Source: Candidatus Staskawiczbacteria bacterium
GTDB taxonomy: Bacteria; Patescibacteriota; Minisyncoccia; Minisyncoccales; Staskawiczbacteraceae
Length of the DNA: 64,000 nt
Reading direction: 5' to 3'
NCBI GenBank assembly: GCA_026395295.1
Contig: JAPLYZ010000012.1
Location: forward strand, 1,299-65,298
The translations under genes were made by a program, and so were the position numbers. Below are positions 58,610 through 64,000 of this stretch, in pieces; within the stretch, counting starts at the first letter, position 1; each line of letters opens with the position of its first letter. The notes below the pieces were generated by a model. It was not told where the DNA came from. It saw nothing but the letters and a program-made list of their open reading frames with translations, and did no database searches.

Positions 58610-58835
58610 AAAAACATTACAAGGAATTGTAGTTTCAGATAAGATGCAGAAAACTGTTGTTGTTGAGGTTGAAAGAATGAAAGAACATCCGAAATATAAA
58701 AGAAGATACAAAGTCCACAAAAGATATAAAGCCCATGATCAAAACCAAGAATATCACACGGGCGACAAAGTTGTGATAGAAGAACACTCCCCGATAAGCA
58801 AGGATAAGAATTGGGTGGTATTGCGAAAAATATAA
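58602..58835 (+). CDS. rpsQ: 30S ribosomal protein S17
   Basis: LQGIVVSDKMQKTVVVEVER...HPKYKR...K..AHD..N....GD.V.I.E..P.SK.K.W. Confidence 0.9.
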   Translation: MSKKTLQGIVVSDKMQKTVVVEVERMKEHPKYKRRYKVHKRYKAHDQNQEYHTGDKVVIEEHSPISKDKNWVVLRKI

Positions 58836-58853
58836 AAATTTAAATATTTAAAA

Positions 58854-59222
58854 ATGATTCAACCAAGATCAATGTTAAAAGTCGCAGATAATACCGGAGC
58901 CAAAATTATCCAGGTTATCAATGTGCCGGGCGGAACGAGAAAGCATTATGCTCAATTGGGAGAGATTGTTGTTTGCGCTGTAAAAAAAGCAGAGCCAAGG
59001 AAAATCGTTAAAAAACACGAAAAAGTAAAAGCTGTAATTATAAGACAAAGAAAAGAATTTAAGAGAGCAGACGGCTCCTATATAAGATTTGATGATAACG
59101 CGGCTGTGATTTTGGGAGACGGCAAAGAACCCAAAGGAAGCAGAATTTTAGGACCAACAGCCAAAGAATTAAAAGAAAAAGGTTTTGGAACAATAGCCAT
59201 GATGGCGTCAGAACTTTTGTAA
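58854..59222 (+). CDS. rplN: 50S ribosomal protein L14
   Basis: MIQPRSMLKVADNTGAK...IRFDDNA. Confidence 0.95.
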   Translation: MIQPRSMLKVADNTGAKIIQVINVPGGTRKHYAQLGEIVVCAVKKAEPRKIVKKHEKVKAVIIRQRKEFKRADGSYIRFDDNAAVILGDGKEPKGSRILGPTAKELKEKGFGTIAMMASELL

Positions 59223-59226
59223 AATT

Positions 59227-59532
59227 ATGAAAGTAAAAAAAGGCGACAATATATTGATAATTGCAGGAAAGGATAAGGGCAGGACAGGAAAAATAATAAA
59301 AGCTATGCCGAAAGAGCTGAAGGTTTTAGTTGAGGGAATCAATTTGAAGAAAAAACACGTAAGACCGAAAAGAGAAGGGGAAAAGGGTCAAGTTGTTGAA
59401 ATCCCGGCGGCAATGGATGTTTCCAATATAAAAATAGTCTGTCCTAAATGCGGAAAGGCAACAAGAGTGGGATACTCAGTTGAAAACAAAGAAAAATATA
59501 GGATTTGTAAAAAGTGCAAGCAAAAAATTTAA
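59227..59532 (+). CDS. rplX: 50S ribosomal protein L24 (KOW domain plus C-terminal CxxC-x16-CxxC)
   Basis: VKKGDNILIIAGKDKGRTGKI (KOW), then CPKCGKATRVGYSVENKEKYRICKKC. Confidence 0.85.
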   Translation: MKVKKGDNILIIAGKDKGRTGKIIKAMPKELKVLVEGINLKKKHVRPKREGEKGQVVEIPAAMDVSNIKIVCPKCGKATRVGYSVENKEKYRICKKCKQKI

Positions 59533-59537
59533 GGTTT

Positions 59538-60095
59538 ATGGAAAAATTAAAAGTAAAATATAATAAAGAAGTAATACCTGCAATGATGGCAAAGTTTGGA
59601 TATAAGAACCCTATGGCAGTTCCTTCAATAAGGAAAGTGGTTTTGAACAGTTCTTTTGGCAAAGAGGTTGTGGGCAAGTCCGCTTCGGAAAGAGAAAAAA
59701 TACAAAAACTTATAATGCAAGATTTATCTTTGATTGCCGGACAGAAAACAAATTTGGTAAAAGCTAAAAAGTCAATCGCCGGATTCAAATTAAGGGAAGG
59801 ACTGGAAATCGCTACGTTTGTTACCCTGAGAAAAGATAAAATGTGGGATTTCTTGGAAAGATTAATTTATCTTTCTTTGCCCAGGTCCAGAGATTTTAAA
59901 GGCATTGAACCAAAGTCAATTGACAAAAATGGGAATCTTTCAATAGGGTTTAAAGAGCACATTTTCTTTCCTGAAATTTTTACAGAAAAAGAGAAAACAA
60001 TTTTTGGGTTTCAGGTAACAGTTGCAACAAACGCAAAAAGCAAAGAAGAAGGGTTGGAACTGTTAAAATTATTAGGATTTCCGATGAAAGATTAA
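59538..60095 (+). CDS. rplE: 50S ribosomal protein L5
   Basis: [29 protein letters not shown]...DFKG. Internal ATG 59538 is preferred over the tracked 59514. Confidence 0.9.
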   Translation: MEKLKVKYNKEVIPAMMAKFGYKNPMAVPSIRKVVLNSSFGKEVVGKSASEREKIQKLIMQDLSLIAGQKTNLVKAKKSIAGFKLREGLEIATFVTLRKDKMWDFLERLIYLSLPRSRDFKGIEPKSIDKNGNLSIGFKEHIFFPEIFTEKEKTIFGFQVTVATNAKSKEEGLELLKLLGFPMKD

Positions 60096-60100
60096 AAAAT

Positions 60101-60286
60101 ATGGCAAAAACATCACAAGAAGCAAAAGCAAAAGAAAAACCGAAATTTCCTAGCAGAAAGCAAAGACGCTGTTTTAAGTGCGGAAGAAGGCACGGCTTTA
60201 TGCGGGCTTTCGGACTTTGCAGGATATGCTTTAGAGAACTGGCAAATAAAGGAGAAATTCCGGGAATAAAGAAATCATCGTGGTAA
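60101..60286 (+). CDS. rpsN: 30S ribosomal protein S14 type Z (zinc)
   Basis: 61 aa with [23 protein letters not shown]. Confidence 0.9.
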   Translation: MAKTSQEAKAKEKPKFPSRKQRRCFKCGRRHGFMRAFGLCRICFRELANKGEIPGIKKSSW

Positions 60287-60288
60287 TT

Positions 60289-60373
60289 TCGCTCGGCAAC
60301 TAAGTTTTTCTCGCGGGACATCCTCTCTTACAGGGGAGCCAACGTCCCGCTCCAAAAACTTAATTGCCTCGCT
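60289..60373. repeat. family-2 palindromic element between rpsN and rpsH
   Basis: tcgctcggcaactaagtttttctcgcgggac...gtcccgctccaaaaacttaattgcctcgct. The arms caactaagttttt/aaaaacttaattg and gcgggac/gtcccgc pair. Confidence 0.8.
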
Positions 60374-60389
60374 TCAAACTAAAAAAAGT

Positions 60390-60779
60390 ATGACAGATCC
60401 AATTACAGACATGTTAAATCAAATAAAGAATGCAGAAGCTGTTGGAAAAACAGAGGTTTTGGTTCCTCTGTCAAAAATAAAAAACGAGATTGCTATGATT
60501 TTATCACAGCAAGGCTTTGTGGGGGAGGTGAAGAAAGCCGCTAAAGGAAAGGAAAAGCTTTTAAAAATTTCCCTGAAATATGATAACGAAGTGCCGGCAA
60601 TTGCAGGATTCAAAAGAGTTTCAAAACCCGGGCAAAGAATTTATGAGCCTGTTTCCGGAATCAAAAAAGTGCGCGGAGGGTATGGAATATCAATAATTTC
60701 AACATCGAAAGGCTTAATGACCAATAAAGACGCCAGATACAAAAAAATGGGAGGAGAAATTATATGTCAGGTTTGGTAA
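60390..60779 (+). CDS. rpsH: 30S ribosomal protein S8
   Basis: MTDPITDMLNQIKNA...GGEIICQVW. Confidence 0.9.
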   Translation: MTDPITDMLNQIKNAEAVGKTEVLVPLSKIKNEIAMILSQQGFVGEVKKAAKGKEKLLKISLKYDNEVPAIAGFKRVSKPGQRIYEPVSGIKKVRGGYGISIISTSKGLMTNKDARYKKMGGEIICQVW

Positions 60780-60805
60780 TATTTAATATTTAGAAATTTA
60801 ATTTT

Positions 60806-61354
60806 ATGTCACGCATAGGAAAAAAATTAATTGAAGTGCCACAAGGGGTAAAAATAGAAATCTCGGAAAAAGAGATAAAAGTTTCAGGTCCCAAAGGAGA
60901 ACTGAAGCAAGTCATACACCCGGAAATAAAAGTTGAATTAAAAGACAGCAAGATTTTTGTTTCTCCAAAGACAGAGCTTTCAAAAAGGGGCAGAGGATTG
61001 TGGGGTTTGTATAGAGCTTTGATTTCAAACATGGTTACAGGTGTCTCTAAGGGCTTCGAGAAAAAATTAGAAATTGAGGGAGTTGGTTTTAAAGCAAATG
61101 TTGACGGAGATAATTTGGTTTTGAACCTTGGGTTTACAAATCCTGTCAAAATTGTGAAAATACCCGGAGTTAATTTTTTGGTGGAAAAAAACGTTATTAC
61201 AGTTTCCGGACCCGATAAAGAAAGAGTCGGTCATATTGCGGCGTTGATCAGGAAACAGAAGAAAGCAGAACCATATAAGGGTAAAGGAATTAAATATCAA
61301 GGAGAAAAAATTAGAAGGAAAGAAGGTAAAAAAGTTGTAGCATCTTCTAAATAA
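60806..61354 (+). CDS. rplF: 50S ribosomal protein L6
   Basis: MSRIGKKLIEVPQGVK...GPKGEL...GVGFKA. Confidence 0.9.
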   Translation: MSRIGKKLIEVPQGVKIEISEKEIKVSGPKGELKQVIHPEIKVELKDSKIFVSPKTELSKRGRGLWGLYRALISNMVTGVSKGFEKKLEIEGVGFKANVDGDNLVLNLGFTNPVKIVKIPGVNFLVEKNVITVSGPDKERVGHIAALIRKQKKAEPYKGKGIKYQGEKIRRKEGKKVVASSK

Positions 61355-61362
61355 AAATATAT

Positions 61363-61713
61363 ATGAGCATAAAAAACGACAAAAGAATAAGAAGGCATAA
61401 AAAAATAAGGATGAATATGCATGGCACCAAGGATAGGCCAAGGCTTTTCGTTTTTAGATCAAATCAGCATATTTATGCTCAGTTGATTGACGACGATAAA
61501 GACAAAGTCTTAATGAGTTTTTCCGACAAGAGTTTAAAACTAAAAAAAGGAGAAAAAAAATCTGAAGCCGCAAAACAGGTAGGAAAACTGATGGCCGAAA
61601 AAGCTATGGGCAGTAAGATAGAGAAAGTCATTTTTGACAGAGGTGGAGTTCTTTTTCATGGTCGCATAAAAGCATTGGCTGACGGAGCAAGAGAAGGAGG
61701 ACTGAAGTTTTAA
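61363..61713 (+). CDS. rplR: 50S ribosomal protein L18
   Basis: RRHKKIR....G...RPRL.VFRSN.HIYAQLIDD...FDRGG..FHGR.KALAD.ARE.GL.F. Confidence 0.9.
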   Translation: MSIKNDKRIRRHKKIRMNMHGTKDRPRLFVFRSNQHIYAQLIDDDKDKVLMSFSDKSLKLKKGEKKSEAAKQVGKLMAEKAMGSKIEKVIFDRGGVLFHGRIKALADGAREGGLKF

Positions 61714-61764
61714 TTAAAATTAAAACTTCAATATTTCAACATTTAAATATTTAAATATCAAAAA

Positions 61765-62412
61765 ATGGCAGACGAAATAAAAAAAGAAGAACCAAAAACA
61801 GAAGTGGCAAAAGCTGTAAATGATGGCTTCAAGCCAATTTCTACCGGTGATCAGCCGGCTCCGCAAAGAGCAGGCGGGCAAAGAGGTGGAGGCTTTGGGC
61901 CTGCCTCGCGTCAAGGCGGGCAAAATAGAAGGCCTGGTTTTGGTAGAGCCGGATTTGGAAAAGATAGGCCAAAAGACGACTTTCAGACAAAACTTTTGGA
62001 TTTAGCCAGAGTTACAAGAGTTACGGGCGGAGGCAAAAGAATGAGTTTCCGAGCTGTTGTGGTTGCCGGAGATAAGAAGGGTAAGGTTGGAATTGGAATT
62101 GATAAAGGAAAAGACGTTTCTCAGGCAATCGAAAAAGCCACCAGGCGCGCCAAAAGAGATTTAGTAAATGTTATTATAGTAGAAGGAACAATTCCTCACG
62201 AAGTTGAGGCAAAGTCCGGACCGGCGGTGATTTTGTTAAAGCCTCAGAAAAAAGGAAGAGGGTTGGTGGCGGGAGGGGCTGTCAGGATGATTTGCGATTT
62301 AGCTGGAATTAAAAATATTTCTTCGAAAATTCTTTCAGGTTCAAAAAATAAATTGAACAACGCCAGAGCCACAATGGAAGCTCTGAAAAAATTAAAAGCG
62401 AAAAGTTCATAA
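61765..62412 (+). CDS. rpsE: 30S ribosomal protein S5 (with ~70-aa Gly/Arg-rich N-terminal extension)
   Basis: The core LLDLARVTRVTGGGKRMSFRAVVVAGD.KG.VG.G..K is preceded by QRAGGQRGGGFGPASRQGGQNRRPGFGRAGFGKDRP. Confidence 0.9.
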   Translation: MADEIKKEEPKTEVAKAVNDGFKPISTGDQPAPQRAGGQRGGGFGPASRQGGQNRRPGFGRAGFGKDRPKDDFQTKLLDLARVTRVTGGGKRMSFRAVVVAGDKKGKVGIGIDKGKDVSQAIEKATRRAKRDLVNVIIVEGTIPHEVEAKSGPAVILLKPQKKGRGLVAGGAVRMICDLAGIKNISSKILSGSKNKLNNARATMEALKKLKAKSS

Positions 62413-62470
62413 AGTTCGTCAAGTCGGACTTTAAAACTCGATAAACTTTAAAATTTGATAAACTACAGCT

Positions 62471-62902
62471 ATGCAAATTCACGAACTAAAACCAAAACAT
62501 AAGAATAGGGGTAAAAAAAGAGTTGGCAGGGGAGGAAAGCACGGAACTTACTCCGGTAAAGGAATAAAGGGTCAGAAATCCAGAGCCGGCAGGAAGATGG
62601 TGCCAATAATCAGGGAATTAATTAAAAGATATCCGAAATTGAAAGGATATAGAAGTTTTGCTATAGAAAATTATTTTGCCCTAGTTAGTCTTGAATCTTT
62701 AGAAAAAAATACAAAAGACGGAGAAATTATAAATCCGGAAAATTTGATTAAAAAAGGACTTGTGAGTAAAGTAAAAGGAAAGGTGCCGAAAGTGAAGATA
62801 TTGGGTGATGGTAAGCTGACAAAAAAACTGGTTATAGAAAATTGTAAGTTTTCTAAAACCGCTAAAACAGCCATTGAGAAGGCAGGAGGAACAATCAAGT
62901 AA
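62471..62902 (+). CDS. rplO: 50S ribosomal protein L15
   Basis: LKPKHKNRGKKRVGRGGKHGTYSGKGIKGQKSR. It follows rpsE directly, with no L30 gene between them. Confidence 0.9.
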   Translation: MQIHELKPKHKNRGKKRVGRGGKHGTYSGKGIKGQKSRAGRKMVPIIRELIKRYPKLKGYRSFAIENYFALVSLESLEKNTKDGEIINPENLIKKGLVSKVKGKVPKVKILGDGKLTKKLVIENCKFSKTAKTAIEKAGGTIK

Positions 62903-62904
62903 TA

Positions 62905-63012
62905 TCGCTCGGAAAATGATTTTCTGCTAACGCTCGTGTCCCGCTTCGCGGGAAACTCGCTTCGACAGGCACTACGTGTCCCGTAATACGCTGAAAATCA
63001 TTTTTCCTCGCT
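62905..63012. repeat. family-2 palindromic element between rplO and secY
   Basis: tcgctcggaaaatgattttctgctaacgctcgtgtcccgcttcgcgggaaactcgcttcgacagg...gtaatacgctgaaaatcatttttcctcgct. Close copy of 30987-31101. Confidence 0.85.
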
Positions 63013-63018
63013 TAAACT

Positions 63019-64000
63019 ATGTGGGCAGACAAGATATTATTTTTATTTAAAAATAAAGAACTCAGAAACAAATTTTTATTTGTTCTTTTTCTTTTTGTTG
63101 TTTTCAGGTTGGCTGCCAACATTCCAATACCGGGGATTGGGGCTGAAAGTTTAAAAAAATTATTTGACCAAAACCAGGTTTTTGGTCTTTTGAATTTGTT
63201 TACAGGAGGAGCTTTGAGTAATTTTTCAATTGTTTTGCTGGGATTAGGACCCTATATTACAGCCACGATTATTTTACAGCTTTTGACGATGATTTTTCCT
63301 GCTCTAGAGAAGCTTTATAAAGAAGAGGGGCAAGCAGGCAGGCAAAAATTCAATCAATATTCCAGGTTGTTGACAATTCCACTGGCCGCTTTTGAAGGTT
63401 ATGGAATGCTTATGTATTTTGCTAAAGCTGGGACTATTTCCGGATTTTCTTTACCGATTATGCTTTCGGCTATTCTTACAATAGTAGCCGGAGCAATGTT
63501 TTTAATGTGGATTGGTGAAATAATTTCTGAGCAAGGAATGGGTAACGGTATTTCTTTATTAATTTTTGCCGGAATAGTAGCAAGGGTCCCAATGAACATT
63601 TTTCAGACAATTATTACGCCCGGCGCTCCAGGCGAATCAAAAATTATTTCTTACTTGGCCTTTGCGGTAATTTCCGTAATTATAATTGCCGGAACAGTTT
63701 TAGTTACTGAAGCCCGCAGAAATATCCCGGTTTCTTATGCAAAAAGAGTTAGGGGTATGAAAATGTATGGAGGCACTTCAACTTATCTGCCATTAAGCGT
63801 TAATCCGGCCGGAGTTATGCCGATTATCTTTGCCATATCTATAATGATGATTCCGGGGATGATAGCCGGTTATTTTTCAACTCACTCCGGCATTATTGGA
63901 AATGTGGCTACTTCTGTGGGGTTGTTTTTTGCTCCTAATACCTGGAGCTATGGCGCTTTCTACTTTGTTTTAGTTATTCTTTTCACTTATTTTTACACCG
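63019..64000 (+). CDS. secY: preprotein translocase subunit SecY (partial, 3' end beyond window)
   Basis: Hand-translated MWADKILFLFKNKELRNKFLFVLFLFVVFRLAANIPIPGI...LGLGPYITATIILQLL...GEIISEQGMGNGISLLIFAGI. Open to the window edge, so absent from the ORF track. Confidence 0.9.
   Translation, partial: MWADKILFLFKNKELRNKFLFVLFLFVVFRLAANIPIPGIGAESLKKLFDQNQVFGLLNLFTGGALSNFSIVLLGLGPYITATIILQLLTMIFPALEKLYKEEGQAGRQKFNQYSRLLTIPLAAFEGYGMLMYFAKAGTISGFSLPIMLSAILTIVAGAMFLMWIGEIISEQGMGNGISLLIFAGIVARVPMNIFQTIITPGAPGESKIISYLAFAVISVIIIAGTVLVTEARRNIPVSYAKRVRGMKMYGGTSTYLPLSVNPAGVMPIIFAISIMMIPGMIAGYFSTHSGIIGNVATSVGLFFAPNTWSYGAFYFVLVILFTYFYT

Overview
This is a 64-kb low-GC bacterial chromosomal segment. My hand counts of single 60-nt lines give 16/60 G+C at 121-180, against 36/60 at 19141-19200 and 32/60 at 38341-38400.

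Gene content and style look like a Candidate Phyla Radiation / Patescibacteria (Parcubacteria-like) genome. This placement is an inference from sequence features only; no database search was possible. The supporting observations are:
- many small zinc-ribbon proteins;
- almost no Shine-Dalgarno sequences on native genes;
- a complete str/S10/spc ribosomal-protein block (rpsL-rpsG-fusA-tuf-rpsJ ... rplO-secY) with no rpmD (L30) between rpsE and rplO;
- lineage-specific extensions on several r-proteins.

Other recognisable content:
- Cell division and translation: an FtsB-like gene, prfB with its classic +1 frameshift (so UGA is a stop and the code is standard), ftsE and ftsX.
- RNA genes: four tRNAs, Gly-CCC, Thr-CGT, Gln-CTG and Pro-GGG.
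- tRNA modification and Fe-S assembly: tgt, an Rrf2-IscS-IscU cluster and mnmA.
- Oxidative stress: a Fur family regulator, a stand-alone NrdD C-terminal-like protein and superoxide dismutase.
- Copper: csoR, an HMA-permease-cupredoxin fusion, a DUF1858 protein, copA and a thioredoxin-like protein.

Accessory or unusual content:
1. A tandem pair of ~560-aa cysteine-rich proteins has mirrored zinc-ribbon ends and an apparent 12-residue repeat. They share a near-identical leader, and relic 3' coding ends lie between them.
2. A ~10-kb higher-GC surface locus carries a split tail-fibre-like protein with an internal S74 chaperone domain, a NYN nuclease, a duplicated LamG lectin, a four-helix-bundle gene and a large GWINF-repeat protein.
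3. Several families of short palindromic repeats sit in intergenic DNA, inside the spc operon and, in frame, inside at least nine housekeeping CDSs.
4. AT-rich 'word' repeats (caaattt, ctaatt/aattag, tccttta/taaagga, gtat/atac) form leaders and hairpins and bracket the two four-helix-bundle genes.
5. Several higher-GC orphan gene islets have their own terminators.

No rRNA, CRISPR array, transposase, integrase or reverse transcriptase was seen. All product names come from motif recognition by eye and should be confirmed by HMM or BLAST searches.
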